Below are positions 36,943 through 47,009 of a DNA stretch of 64,000 nt, one piece after another (within the stretch, counting starts at the first letter, position 1; every line of letters starts with the position of its first letter). Where the stretch lies: contig CAZLJD010000030.1 in the NCBI GenBank assembly GCA_964559865.1, positions 125,196 to 189,195 of the forward strand. The letters are read 5' to 3'. The notes beneath the pieces are model-generated. The model was not told the origin of the DNA and did no database searches. It saw only the letters and a program-made list of their open reading frames with translations. The stretch comes from an uncultured Synergistota bacterium (lineage in GTDB: Bacteria; Synergistota; JAGHAJ01). Both the position numbers and the translations under genes were made by a program.

Positions 36943-38595
36943 TTGTTGATGTTAGGTTTAGAGTACTGTAAACTTACAGTGATGTTTATTCTGGGGGTGG
37001 GAGATTTGGTTGATTTTGGGTGGGATTTTCCTTATCCTTCTGTTAGGATGCCTGTTATGGCTGGCAACATAGTAGCTACCTCTCAGCCATTAGCAGCGCA
37101 AGCGGGTATAGAGATGCTCTGGAGAGGTGGAAATGCAGTAGATGCTGCTATTGCTACAGCTGTGGCGTTGACGGTAGTAGAACCAACATCTAATGGTATA
37201 GGTGGAGACGCTTTTGCCATCGTTTGGGATACGAAAAGGCTGCACGGCCTTAATGCCTCTGGTAAGTCTCCTGCTGCTTGGAGTTTTGAGTACTTTTCGA
37301 AGAAGTATTCGTCTATGCCTATGTTGGGCTGGGATACGGTTACCGTGCCTGGTGTGGTTTCGTCTTGGGTGGAGTTGTCTAACAGGTTTGGTAAACTGCC
37401 TTTTGCAGATTTGTTTGAGCCTGCCGTTAGGTATGCTTATGATGGTTTTATAGTCTCTCCTTTTACTGCGAGAAGGTGGGAACTTGCGGCGGATATTTAC
37501 AAGGATTTTCCCGAGTTTGCCAGGGCATTTTTACCCGGGGGAAAACCACCTAAGGCTGGGGAAAGGTTTGAGTTCAAGGAGCAGGCAAAGACTTTAGAGA
37601 TGATAGCGGAGACAAAGGGAGAAGCATTTTATCGCGGTGTCTTGGCGGAGAAGATAGTTGAGCACGCTAAGGCTACTGGCGGAATGATCACCGAGGAGGA
37701 TTTAGCGTTGCACGAGGTGGAGTGGGTTGAACCCATTTGCATAGATTATCACGGATTTACTCTACATGAATTGCCACCCAATGGACAGGGGATAGCTGCA
37801 CTCATTGCGTTGGGTATACTGGACCGTTGGGATGTGAGAGATTACGGTGTGGACACGGGAGACAGCTTACACCTGCAAATAGAGGCTATGAAACTGGCGT
37901 TTGCGGATACCTACAGGTATATATCTGATCCACGGACGATGGAAGTGGACTTTAGAGAGCTGTTGTCTTCTGAGTATCTGGATATGCGTTCGAAGTTAAT
38001 TGATTCCAAGAGGGCTGGGGATTCTACTTACGGTACACCAAAACCTGGAGGAACTGTTTATCTAACCGTAGCCGATAGAAGTGGTATGATGGTTTCCTTT
38101 ATACAATCAAACTTTATGGGGTTTGGCTCCGGTATTGTGATACCGGGTACGGGTATCAGCATGCAGAACAGGGGTCATGGTTTTAGCTTGGAGAAAGGCC
38201 ATCCAAATCAAGTAGATGGTGGGAAAAAGCCTTTCCACACGATCATACCTGCATTTGTGACGAAGAACGGACTCCCTGTGATGAGTTTTGGTGTGATGGG
38301 TGGTCCTATGCAACCTCAAGGGCATGTCCAGGTTATGCTGCGTGTGTTTGACTTTCACCAGAATCCTCAGGCTGCATGTGATGCACCCCGCTGGCGTGTG
38401 CTTGAAGGTAGAAAGGTAGCTGTTGAGCCCGGGTTCAAACCAGAGGTTCTGGATGACTTGAAGATGCGAGGACATGAGATTGTCGTTACAGATGATTTTT
38501 TGATGTTTGGTGGGGCGCAGGCGATTTACAGACTTTCTGATGGTTATCTTGGTGCTTCTGATCCAAGAAAGGATGGACAGGCAGTAGGATTTTGA
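36943..38595 (+). CDS. ggt: gamma-glutamyltranspeptidase
   Basis: GGNAVDAAIA ... GGDAFAIVWD N-terminal blocks and nucleophile region GTVYLTVADRSGMMVSF, C-terminal GGAQAI; true start may be ATG 37047. Confidence 0.85.
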   Translation: MLMLGLEYCKLTVMFILGVGDLVDFGWDFPYPSVRMPVMAGNIVATSQPLAAQAGIEMLWRGGNAVDAAIATAVALTVVEPTSNGIGGDAFAIVWDTKRLHGLNASGKSPAAWSFEYFSKKYSSMPMLGWDTVTVPGVVSSWVELSNRFGKLPFADLFEPAVRYAYDGFIVSPFTARRWELAADIYKDFPEFARAFLPGGKPPKAGERFEFKEQAKTLEMIAETKGEAFYRGVLAEKIVEHAKATGGMITEEDLALHEVEWVEPICIDYHGFTLHELPPNGQGIAALIALGILDRWDVRDYGVDTGDSLHLQIEAMKLAFADTYRYISDPRTMEVDFRELLSSEYLDMRSKLIDSKRAGDSTYGTPKPGGTVYLTVADRSGMMVSFIQSNFMGFGSGIVIPGTGISMQNRGHGFSLEKGHPNQVDGGKKPFHTIIPAFVTKNGLPVMSFGVMGGPMQPQGHVQVMLRVFDFHQNPQAACDAPRWRVLEGRKVAVEPGFKPEVLDDLKMRGHEIVVTDDFLMFGGAQAIYRLSDGYLGASDPRKDGQAVGF

Positions 38596-38636
38596 CAAGT
38601 TTCTGTGAATCTGTATGAGAGTATGCTGCACGGGAG

Positions 38637-39401
38637 GTGGACATTATGAGTTTTATTTTTTTTGTAATGGTATTTGGTGTAGGTATAGCAGCTGGCTTTT
38701 TGAATGTGATCGCTGGTGGAGGGTCTTTGCTTGTCCTTCCGACTCTTGTTTTCCTGGGGCTTGGTATAGATATTGCGAATGCTACTAACCGTGTAGCAAT
38801 ACTCCTGCAGAATGTTGTTGCGGTTAGAGAGTTCCACAGGAAGGGTGTATTGTCTTTTAAAGATGTGCTACCTTTTATTATCCCTGCGATTGTTGGGGCG
38901 GTTGCAGGCTCCTTTCTTGCCATAAACCTGAATAGAAGGGTGCTTGAGGTTGTGGTGGCTATAGCTATATCTGTGATGGCAGTTTTTCTCGTTTTGAAGC
39001 CAAAGATGTGGGAAGAGAAGAGGGATACACTACTGCCCAAGTGGGCTGTTTGGGTGGTATTTTTTCTTATAGGTATGTATGGTGGGTTTATACAGGCAGG
39101 AGTTGGCTTTTTCTTTATATGGGGATTGGTCGGCATCGGAGGGCTTGATTTACTGACTACCAATGCAGTGAAAGTAACCATAATCGCCCTTTATACCGTC
39201 TTTAGCCTGACCATCTTTCTGTTACACGGATTTGTTGATTTGAAGGTAGGTCTTGTCCTTGCAGCGGGGAACATAGTGGGGGCCTTATTAGGGACTCACT
39301 TTGCTATATCAAGAGGTAATCGTGCCTTAAGATTGGTACTTGCAGTAGTGGTGATCGTTAGTGCAGTAAAGATGCTGTGGAGTGCGTTTGTAGGTAGTTA
39401 A
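38637..39401 (+). CDS. TSUP-family (TauE/SafE-like) anion exporter
   Basis: Two-repeat polytopic protein with AGFLNVIAGGGSLLVLPTLVFLG block. Confidence 0.8.
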   Translation: MDIMSFIFFVMVFGVGIAAGFLNVIAGGGSLLVLPTLVFLGLGIDIANATNRVAILLQNVVAVREFHRKGVLSFKDVLPFIIPAIVGAVAGSFLAINLNRRVLEVVVAIAISVMAVFLVLKPKMWEEKRDTLLPKWAVWVVFFLIGMYGGFIQAGVGFFFIWGLVGIGGLDLLTTNAVKVTIIALYTVFSLTIFLLHGFVDLKVGLVLAAGNIVGALLGTHFAISRGNRALRLVLAVVVIVSAVKMLWSAFVGS

Positions 39402-39480
39402 ACATTTCTCGAATACGGTTAAAACGGTGCATGGTTTAGTGGAGTGGAAGCGGAGAGGGTTAGTTTTTTAGAGATTTCCC

Positions 39481-39508
39481 TTGCATTTGTTTTAGGAAAT
39501 GGTAAAAT
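39481..39508 (+). promoter_or_regulatory. possible promoter for hypA (TTGCAT, 16-nt spacer, TAAAAT with upstream TG)
   Basis: Read directly; RBS AGGGGGA 9 nt before the hypA ATG. Confidence 0.4.
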
Positions 39509-39539
39509 GTTTTTATCACAAATGCAGGGGGATTTTTTT

Positions 39540-39881
39540 ATGCACGAGCTCGGTGTTACGCAGGAAATATTTAACATAGTTATGAGAGAAGCAAAGAAGC
39601 ATGGTGCAAAGAGGGTTTTGAAGGTTGAAGTGGAGGTGGGAGAGTTTAGTACGATAGAGCCCGAGCCTGTGAAGTTGTATTTTGAGGTTGTGAGTAAGGG
39701 TAGTATAGCTGAAGGTGCAGAGGTGGAAGTCAGGAAACTGCCCATAAGGGTGAAGTGTAATAGTTGTGGTCATGAGTATACGGCGGAGAAGTATGATCTC
39801 ACCTGTCCGAGGTGTGGGAGTATAGATGTTGAGATAATAGGGGGGAGGGAGCTGATAGTCACAAAGATAGATGTGGAGTAG
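39540..39881 (+). CDS. hypA: hydrogenase nickel-insertion protein HypA
   Basis: MHELGVTQEI N-terminus (HypA MHE motif) and zinc finger CNSCGH ... CPRCGS. Confidence 0.85.
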   Translation: MHELGVTQEIFNIVMREAKKHGAKRVLKVEVEVGEFSTIEPEPVKLYFEVVSKGSIAEGAEVEVRKLPIRVKCNSCGHEYTAEKYDLTCPRCGSIDVEIIGGRELIVTKIDVE

Positions 39882-39886
39882 CTTTT

Positions 39887-39915
39887 TTGACAAAGTTGCA
39901 AAGGTGTAGTATAAT
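39887..39915 (+). promoter_or_regulatory. consensus sigma70 promoter (TTGACA, 17-nt spacer, TATAAT) for the phasin-like / radical SAM pair
   Basis: TTGACA 39887-39892, TATAAT 39910-39915; RBS GGGGGGTGG precedes ATG 39943. Confidence 0.6.
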
Positions 39916-39942
39916 TATGCTAACTTTGGGGGGTGGTAGTTT

Positions 39943-40275
39943 ATGATAGAGCTACTGAGGAAGTTTTTGTTCAGTGGTTTAGGTGTAGTGGCGTTTACGA
40001 AGTCGCAGTTAGATGCGCTTGTTAAAGAGTTGGTCAGTAAGGGCGAGATGAGTGAAGAGGAGGGTAAAAAGATAGTTGAGGAGTTTACCAAGAGGATGGA
40101 AGTGAAGAAAGAAGAGATGATATCCACTATCAGGCAGGAGATAGGAAAGCTGTTTGATGTGGTAGATATACCTTCAAAGGCAGAGGTGAATGAGATAAAG
40201 CGTATGCTCAAAGCCTTGGAAAATAGGATAGAACTCTTAGAAGGAGTTGTCACTGACATTAAGAAGGGGGGATAA
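39943..40275 (+). CDS. phasin-like coiled-coil protein
   Basis: 110 aa, K/E-rich predicted helical protein resembling phasin/granule-associated proteins; no catalytic motifs. Confidence 0.5.
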   Translation: MIELLRKFLFSGLGVVAFTKSQLDALVKELVSKGEMSEEEGKKIVEEFTKRMEVKKEEMISTIRQEIGKLFDVVDIPSKAEVNEIKRMLKALENRIELLEGVVTDIKKGG

Positions 40276-40278
40276 CTC

Positions 40279-41751
40279 GTGGATATTCTTACCAGAGCGA
40301 AGGGGTATGTTTCTGCACAGGTAATGAAAGGTGTAGCGGCTTTTCTCTCTAAAGCGTCAGATGCACATGTGAAGAAGGTGTTTTTACTCCTTTCGAGAAT
40401 GTCTCCCACCAAGTTTCATAGAGAGACTTTCAGGGGTATTGCAGATATGGCGGACCAAAACCACCCGTTTTATGTCTTGTGGAGAAGCATATTTAAGGAC
40501 CTTCATCCAAACTGCAGGAACAAGCTTGTCATAAATTTGCTTGTCAACTCGATGATAATAGGTAGGGGTATCAGAGACAAGAAAGAGAAAGAGTACGATG
40601 TTCACTTGCCGTATTTTATGGTGATTAGTCCGACGATGAAGTGCAATTTGAGGTGTAAAGGTTGTTATGCTGCTAAGTACCCCAAGGCAAAAGAATTAAG
40701 CTTCGAGGATGTGGATAGGATTATTACTGAGGCTAAAGAGCTTGGTATGTACTTCTTTACTATGTCCGGTGGTGAGATATTTACGAGAAAGGATATGTTT
40801 GATATCTGGGAGAAACACAATGATGCTTACTTCCAGCTCTACACCAATGGTACACTCATAACGAGAGATGTGGCAAAGCGCCTTGTAGAGCTCGGGAATG
40901 TGGCCCCTATGATAAGTATAGAGGGTTCTAAGGAGGAGACAGACTGGCGCAGGGGGAAGGGCGTTTACGACAGAGTTATGGAAGCAATGGACATCTTGAG
41001 GGAAGAGGGGGTTTTGTTTGGCTTCTCAGCTACAGCTACGAGAACGAGCACTGAGGCTATATCCAGTGAGGAGTTTATAGACTTTATGATAAGCAAGGGT
41101 GCAAAGGTTGGGTGGTATTTCCAGTACATTCCTACTGGCGATGCACCAGACCTTGAATACATGGCCACTCCTGAGCAGAGAGCCTTGCTCCGTGAGAGAG
41201 TTCGAGAGTATCGTAAGACCAAGCCGATATTCCTCGGTGACTTCTGGAATGATGGTTTGTATGTAGATGGTTGTATGGCTGCTGGTGAGAGGTACATGCA
41301 TATCGTTGCAACTGGAGATGTTGAGCCGTGCGTGTTTGCACACTTTGCTGCTGACAATATACATGAGAAGAGCCTTGTAGAAATATTAAAGAGCCCGTTC
41401 TTCACTAAGATAAGAGAGGCAGCGCCTTACGATGATGATAACCTTACGAGACCTTGCATGATCATAGATCATCCGTGGGTGCTTAGAAGGATAGTTAAGG
41501 AGACAGGCGCTCACCCAACGCATCCGGGAGCAGAGATGCTTCTGGGTCCTCTGGCACCCAAGCTGGACGAGTATGCGAGGAGGGTTAAAGAAATATTTGA
41601 TCCTATATGGGAAAAAGAGGATCTTCCACTTTACATGAAGCTCCTTAGCAAAGAGGATAAGCCCTACAACTATGAGAGATTTATGCGTAGGAGGAGAGAG
41701 GTAGAGGAAAGGAGAAAGAAAAAAGAGACCGAAGAGATTTTGACGAAGTGA
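40279..41751 (+). CDS. radical SAM protein with N-terminal extension and Cys-containing C-terminal region; function unknown
   Basis: CNLRCKGC (Cx3Cx2C) at ~residue 122; additional conserved-looking Cys (GCMAAG, EPCVFAHF, RPCMIIDHP); GTG start after AAGAAGGGGGGA. Confidence 0.8.
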   Translation: MDILTRAKGYVSAQVMKGVAAFLSKASDAHVKKVFLLLSRMSPTKFHRETFRGIADMADQNHPFYVLWRSIFKDLHPNCRNKLVINLLVNSMIIGRGIRDKKEKEYDVHLPYFMVISPTMKCNLRCKGCYAAKYPKAKELSFEDVDRIITEAKELGMYFFTMSGGEIFTRKDMFDIWEKHNDAYFQLYTNGTLITRDVAKRLVELGNVAPMISIEGSKEETDWRRGKGVYDRVMEAMDILREEGVLFGFSATATRTSTEAISSEEFIDFMISKGAKVGWYFQYIPTGDAPDLEYMATPEQRALLRERVREYRKTKPIFLGDFWNDGLYVDGCMAAGERYMHIVATGDVEPCVFAHFAADNIHEKSLVEILKSPFFTKIREAAPYDDDNLTRPCMIIDHPWVLRRIVKETGAHPTHPGAEMLLGPLAPKLDEYARRVKEIFDPIWEKEDLPLYMKLLSKEDKPYNYERFMRRRREVEERRKKKETEEILTK

Positions 41752-41787
41752 GGTAGCTCTTTGCCAATATAGTTTGTGAGACTTTAA

Positions 41788-41820
41788 AAGGGTGGGACAT
41801 ACTCTCACCCTTTTTTATTT
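41788..41820 (+). terminator. intrinsic terminator after the radical SAM gene
   Basis: agggtg / caccct stem with 11-nt loop followed by TTTTTTATTT. Confidence 0.6.
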
Positions 41821-41829
41821 GGGGGTTTA

Positions 41830-43395
41830 ATGGTGCCTTCAAAGACTTCTTTCATGGTAAAATCTGCGGGCGTTATGATGGTTGCCACTCTTGTAAGCAG
41901 AGTACTGGGACTGTTTAGAGACATGATTATTGCAGCTTTCTTTGGTGCTACTGCCCAGTACGACGCCTTTCTGGTGGCATACACAATACCCAATCTACTC
42001 AGAAGGTTGCTTGCAGAGGGTGCGCTAAGTGCTGCCTTTGTGCCGGTTTTCACCCGTAGAATTGTAAAGGGTGAGCAAACAGAGGCATGGGACACGGTTA
42101 ACAGTCTCATAAACATCATGATTGTACTGTTTATCATTATAGTCTCTGCAGGTGAATTTTTTGCCCCGTGGCTTGTGAAACTTATAGCACCTGGTTTTGG
42201 CGAATCTACGCACTTGCTTGCCGTGAAACTCACTCGAGTAATGTTCCCTTTCATAGTTTTTATGAGTCTTGCAGCGATCTCTATGGGTATCTTAAACGCC
42301 TTGGGCAAGTTCTTTGTACCTGCTCTTGCACCTGCGATGCTGAACATATCTATTATATCTATTATGCTTCTCTTCGGGAAGGTAAGGTGGGCTATCCTCT
42401 TGCTTGCAGTTGCTGTGATGGTTGGAGGAGGGTTGCAGTTTTTCGTGCAGTTGCCCCTGTTGTACAAAAAGGGCTATAGGTATAGGTTTGTCTTGGATCT
42501 CCACAACCCAGATGTTTTGCAGATAGGCAGGCTCATGCTTCCGTATGTGTTTGGCCTTGCTGTTACCCAGCTTGATATTGTAATAGATAGGATACTTGCA
42601 TCTATGCTTACATCTGGTAGTATCTCAGTGTTGAACTATGCGCTGAGGCTCGTGTTGTTGCCTATGGGGGTCTTTGGGATTGCTATATCTACCGCTGTCT
42701 TTCCAACTCTCTCAAAGCACAGCGCTCAAGATAGCCCCTCTGAGTTTGTAGATGCTTTAACAGATGGGCTTGCGTTTGTTAGCTTTATAGTTGTACCTGC
42801 TGCCATAGGGTTGGCTGTGTTGGGTAAGCCCATTATAAGGCTACTCTTTGCCAGGGGAGAGTTTGGTGCTTGGGCAGTAGAGAGCACTTCATTTGTGCTC
42901 TATTTTTATGCTGCAGGATTACCTTTTATGGCGTACCTGAACCTTATACTGAAAGCGTTTTATGCAGCTTACGATACTAAGACACCGGTTAAAGTTGGTG
43001 CATTTATGGTGGGATTGAACTTTGTTTTGGCATATTCACTCATGCATGTGTTGGATGTTGGGGGGCTTGCCTTTGCCACTTCTGTAGTTTCTGCCATTAA
43101 CTTTGCGGTGTTGTTTGAGATTCTTAGGCGGCGATTTGACTTTCTGAGGTGGGGTGCTTTTCTCTTTCCCCTTCTTAGGGTATTGGGAGTAGGTGCGGTA
43201 ATGCTGGTTGTTGTGTATGTTCTGGGTGTGTACTGGATTGAGGATTGTTATGGGTGGATTTTGCTGGTAAAATTATCTGTAACGGTTCTTCTGGGGATGT
43301 TTGTCTTTCTCTTGCTGCTGTACCTGTTGAAGGTAAGGGAGAGGAGATATATCTCTGTAGTGTACGAACTATTTATGCAGAGGCTGAGGGGGTAG
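41830..43395 (+). CDS. murJ: lipid II flippase MurJ
   Basis: SAGVMMVATLVSRVLGLFRDMIIAAFFGAT ... ALSAAFVPVF N-terminal signature of MurJ/MviN; 14 predicted TM. Confidence 0.9.
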   Translation: MVPSKTSFMVKSAGVMMVATLVSRVLGLFRDMIIAAFFGATAQYDAFLVAYTIPNLLRRLLAEGALSAAFVPVFTRRIVKGEQTEAWDTVNSLINIMIVLFIIIVSAGEFFAPWLVKLIAPGFGESTHLLAVKLTRVMFPFIVFMSLAAISMGILNALGKFFVPALAPAMLNISIISIMLLFGKVRWAILLLAVAVMVGGGLQFFVQLPLLYKKGYRYRFVLDLHNPDVLQIGRLMLPYVFGLAVTQLDIVIDRILASMLTSGSISVLNYALRLVLLPMGVFGIAISTAVFPTLSKHSAQDSPSEFVDALTDGLAFVSFIVVPAAIGLAVLGKPIIRLLFARGEFGAWAVESTSFVLYFYAAGLPFMAYLNLILKAFYAAYDTKTPVKVGAFMVGLNFVLAYSLMHVLDVGGLAFATSVVSAINFAVLFEILRRRFDFLRWGAFLFPLLRVLGVGAVMLVVVYVLGVYWIEDCYGWILLVKLSVTVLLGMFVFLLLLYLLKVRERRYISVVYELFMQRLRG

Positions 43396-43405
43396 GATCG
43401 TTTAG

Positions 43406-44737
43406 ATGAAGATACTAATAGTTGGTGCTGGGGAAGTGGGGTTTAACCTTGCGAAGGTTTTGTCTTCCGAGGAGCACGATGTCGTTGTTGTGGACATAGA
43501 TGAAGACAAGGTATCTCGCGTGAAAGAAAGGCTTGATGTTATGACTATAAAGGGCAGTGGTTCAAAGCTGGGTATCTTGGAGAAGGCTGGAGTTGGTACA
43601 GATGTGGACATGATAATCGCAGTTGCTAACAGCGACGAAACGAACATAGTGTCCTGTATGTTTGGCAAAAAGCGGGGAGTTTCCACTACAGTTGCAAGAA
43701 TGAGAGACCTGAGGTATTCTGACAGAGATGCTACCTTTTCTCACAAGGAGCTCGGTATAGACTTTGTCGTGAGTCCTGAGAGGGTGATCTCAGAGGAGAT
43801 AGTGGAACTCTTGGCGTTGCCGTCTGCCATACAGGTTGCATATTTCTTTGATGGAAATGTGAAGATGTACGGCGTAAACATTAGAGAGGGACATGTGCTT
43901 GAGAATGTGAGGTTGAAGGACTTTGAAAGTATTGGGTGGAGGGGGGTTTTTCTTGTAGCTATTGTTGTTAGGGGTGGCAGGAGTTTCATTCCCAGAGGGG
44001 ATGACGTGCTGTTGAAGGGTGATAAGGTCTTTGTGTTGGGAAAGTCTGCCGACTTTGATCGGTTTAAGAGGGGAATCAAGAGTGTCATGATAGTTGGTAG
44101 TGGAAAGGTTGGATTTAGGGTAGCGAGGAGACTTTCTTCTATGGGAGTGCCTTTTGTGAAGGTAATAGATGTGGATAAGGAGAAGTGTCAGAAGGTTGCG
44201 ATGGAGTTGCACGATGTAGTTGTGTTGAATGGTGATGGTACTGACCTTGAATTTTTGATAAGGGAGGGTGTAGGTGAGGTGGACGGCTTCGTTACTACGA
44301 CGAGAAATGACGAGGTGAACTTGCTCTCTGCTGTGCTTGGGAAGTCTGCTGGAGCTACAAAGAGCATAGCGCTCGTCAGAAAGATAGATTACATGAACCT
44401 TTTGCCGTATCTTTCTATAGACTCTATCGTGAATCCCCGTGTTGATGTTACATCTGCGATCTTGAGGTTTATCAGGAGGAGGGGTTTTGTTAGTGGTGTT
44501 TATTTAGAGGGGGTAGATGTTCAGGCGTTGGAGCTGGTGGTCTCTGAGGATGCCCCTGTTGTGGGTAAGAGTCTGGTGGAGCTGAGGGGTTCTCGTGATT
44601 TTATCGTTGGTGCTATTATGCGTGGGGGAGATGTCTTTATCCCCAAAGGGGATGACCACATAGAGGGTAGTGACAGGGTGATAGTATTTTCTCCCACATC
44701 CAAAGTAAGTAAGGTGGAGAGGCTCTTCGTGGGGTAG
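43406..44737 (+). CDS. trkA: Trk potassium uptake regulatory protein TrkA (two RCK domains)
   Basis: Two NAD-binding Rossmann starts (MKILIVGAGEVG and IVGSGKVG) each followed by an RCK C-domain. Confidence 0.9.
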   Translation: MKILIVGAGEVGFNLAKVLSSEEHDVVVVDIDEDKVSRVKERLDVMTIKGSGSKLGILEKAGVGTDVDMIIAVANSDETNIVSCMFGKKRGVSTTVARMRDLRYSDRDATFSHKELGIDFVVSPERVISEEIVELLALPSAIQVAYFFDGNVKMYGVNIREGHVLENVRLKDFESIGWRGVFLVAIVVRGGRSFIPRGDDVLLKGDKVFVLGKSADFDRFKRGIKSVMIVGSGKVGFRVARRLSSMGVPFVKVIDVDKEKCQKVAMELHDVVVLNGDGTDLEFLIREGVGEVDGFVTTTRNDEVNLLSAVLGKSAGATKSIALVRKIDYMNLLPYLSIDSIVNPRVDVTSAILRFIRRRGFVSGVYLEGVDVQALELVVSEDAPVVGKSLVELRGSRDFIVGAIMRGGDVFIPKGDDHIEGSDRVIVFSPTSKVSKVERLFVG

Positions 44738-44743
44738 GTATCT

Positions 44744-46189
44744 ATGAACATTAGATTGGTTTTCTTCTTCCTTGGCCGTCTGTTGCTTCTTTTGGGGGTT
44801 AGTATGTCATTTCCTCTGTTTTGGGCGTTCTACTATCATGGAAACGACATACTCCCGTTGGTGTATGCGATGTCCATAACGATTGGTGCGGGCTTTTTAT
44901 TCTCGTTTTTGGGAGAGGGTGAAGGTGAGCTTGGGAGAAAGGAAGGGTTTGCCGTTGTGGCCTTTGGTTGGATACTTGCATCTGCTTTTGGTGCCCTTCC
45001 CTATGTCTTTTCGGGTGTTTTGCCTACATTTACGGATGCCTATTTTGAGGCAATGTCTGGTTTTACCACCACTGGGGCGTCTGTTCTTACGCACATAGAA
45101 GGTTCTCCTTTGGGTATATTATTCTGGCGGGACTTTACGCACTGGCTTGGAGGTATGGGTATTATACTCCTGTCTGTTGCAATCTTGCCTGCACTTGGAG
45201 TAGGGGGTATGCAGCTTGTTGCAGCGGAGGTGCCCGGGCCAGTTGCAGAGAAGTTGCGTCCTCGTATAAAGGAGACTGCAAAACTTCTGTGGATTGTGTA
45301 TATAATTTTGTCTGCTGCGGAGGTATTACTCCTATACTTTGGTGGAATGAATCTGTTTGAATCTCTGTGTCACATGTTTGGCACGATGGCTACAGGTGGC
45401 TTCTCGACTCGTAATGCGAGCATAGGTGCATATCACTCTGTATATGTAGATATTGTGATAATAGTGTTTATGTTTATAGCTGGTGCAAACTTTTCACTTC
45501 ACTACTATGCGCTTAAAGGTAGGCTGAAGGTGTACAAAGATGCAGAGTTTCTCTTTTATACGGTCTTTACTGCCTTTTCCGTTTTGCTAATTACCTTTGA
45601 TCTGTGGCATCACCATGTTTACAAGAGTATTGGACAGGATCTGAGATATGCCTCTTTCCAAGCTATATCTATAATGACTACTACGGGATATGCCACGGCT
45701 GACTTTGGTAAGTGGCCGTATCTTTCGCAGTTTTTCCTTTTGTTTCTCATGTTTGTTGGTGGATGTGCTGGTTCAACAGGTGGCGCTATAAAGCACATAA
45801 GGATAATGGTTCTACTTAAGGACGGCGTAAGGAGGTTGTACAGGCTCATACATCCTCGTGCGGTAATGCCTATTGTCTTGAACAAAGAGGTTGTCTCGGA
45901 AGAGGTAGTGGCTGACATACATAGTTTTTTCCTGTTGTATATGCTTATGTTTGTGGTGGCTACGATCTATATGAGTTCTCTTGGATTGGATACGATAACG
46001 GCAATATCTTCCGTTGCTGCTACACTTGGCAATATTGGTCCAGGCCTTGCACGAGTTGGCCCGGCACAGAATTATGCGTTTGTGCCAGTAGCAGGCAAGT
46101 GGTTGCTGAGCATGTGCATGCTGCTCGGAAGGCTTGAGATATATACGGTATTGGTTTTGTTGCTTCCTACTACTTGGAGGAAGGTTTGA
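44744..46189 (+). CDS. trkH: Trk/Ktr potassium transporter membrane subunit TrkH
   Basis: 481-aa polytopic protein with repeated selectivity-filter-like glycine motifs (MSGFTTTGAS, MTTTGYAT). Confidence 0.9.
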   Translation: MNIRLVFFFLGRLLLLLGVSMSFPLFWAFYYHGNDILPLVYAMSITIGAGFLFSFLGEGEGELGRKEGFAVVAFGWILASAFGALPYVFSGVLPTFTDAYFEAMSGFTTTGASVLTHIEGSPLGILFWRDFTHWLGGMGIILLSVAILPALGVGGMQLVAAEVPGPVAEKLRPRIKETAKLLWIVYIILSAAEVLLLYFGGMNLFESLCHMFGTMATGGFSTRNASIGAYHSVYVDIVIIVFMFIAGANFSLHYYALKGRLKVYKDAEFLFYTVFTAFSVLLITFDLWHHHVYKSIGQDLRYASFQAISIMTTTGYATADFGKWPYLSQFFLLFLMFVGGCAGSTGGAIKHIRIMVLLKDGVRRLYRLIHPRAVMPIVLNKEVVSEEVVADIHSFFLLYMLMFVVATIYMSSLGLDTITAISSVAATLGNIGPGLARVGPAQNYAFVPVAGKWLLSMCMLLGRLEIYTVLVLLLPTTWRKV

Positions 46190-46204
46190 GTGGGGTGATC
46201 GAAG

Positions 46205-46978
46205 ATGCTGTTGGTAATGGATGTTGGTAACACGAATACGGTGCTTGGCGTTTTTGAAGATGAGAGGTTGCTGGTCTCTTGGAGGATTTCTACCGAGAGG
46301 AAGAGGATGTCTGGTGAGTACCTTGCCATTCTCGATACTCTGTTTAAGTATGCCCACATCTCTGTAGATTACATAGATGGCATTGCAGTTTCGAGTGTTG
46401 TTCCTCAGATAGACAGAAACCTCAGAGAGTGTTGCAAGGAGCTGTTTGGTAGGGAACCCGTATTTGTCAGGGCGGACATGGACCTTGGGATAGAGGTGGA
46501 TTATGACCCCCCGAGTGGGGTGGGTGCCGATAGGCTTGTTAATGCGGTAGCTGCTTACTTTGTTTATGGGGCGCCTGCCATAGTGGTTGATTTTGGCACT
46601 GCATCTACCTTTTGTGCAATAGATAGGGGTGGGATCTACAGGGGTGGTGCTATAGCTCCAGGGCTTTTGATATCAAGGGATGCACTCTTTAGCCGTACGG
46701 CGAGGTTGCCCAGTGTCTCTCTTGAAATACCTAAAAGCAGCATAGGGAAGAATGTTGTTGACAGTATTCGTTCGGGGCTTGTCATGGGTTTTGCAGGTAT
46801 GGTGGAGGGTATGGTTAGAAGGTTTAAGGAGGAGCTTTCTGGAGATGCAAAGGTGATTGCTACAGGTGGACTCATAGAGCTCGTTGCGGCGAAGACAGAT
46901 GTGATAGATGTCGTGGACAAAGAGCTAACACTGAAGGGTTTAAGAATAATATACGAAAGGGTGAAGGTGAACTATTAG
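46205..46978 (+). CDS. coaX: type III pantothenate kinase
   Basis: MLLVMDVGNTNTVLGVF N-terminus and VVDFGTASTF, ATGG blocks. Confidence 0.9.
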   Translation: MLLVMDVGNTNTVLGVFEDERLLVSWRISTERKRMSGEYLAILDTLFKYAHISVDYIDGIAVSSVVPQIDRNLRECCKELFGREPVFVRADMDLGIEVDYDPPSGVGADRLVNAVAAYFVYGAPAIVVDFGTASTFCAIDRGGIYRGGAIAPGLLISRDALFSRTARLPSVSLEIPKSSIGKNVVDSIRSGLVMGFAGMVEGMVRRFKEELSGDAKVIATGGLIELVAAKTDVIDVVDKELTLKGLRIIYERVKVNY

Positions 46979-47009
46979 CTGGTGGAAAGATTTTTGGAGT
47001 AATAAAAGG

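Noticed and set aside
38486-39181. 231-aa minus-strand ORF
   Set aside because: Antisense to the ggt 3' end and the TSUP transporter; no motifs.
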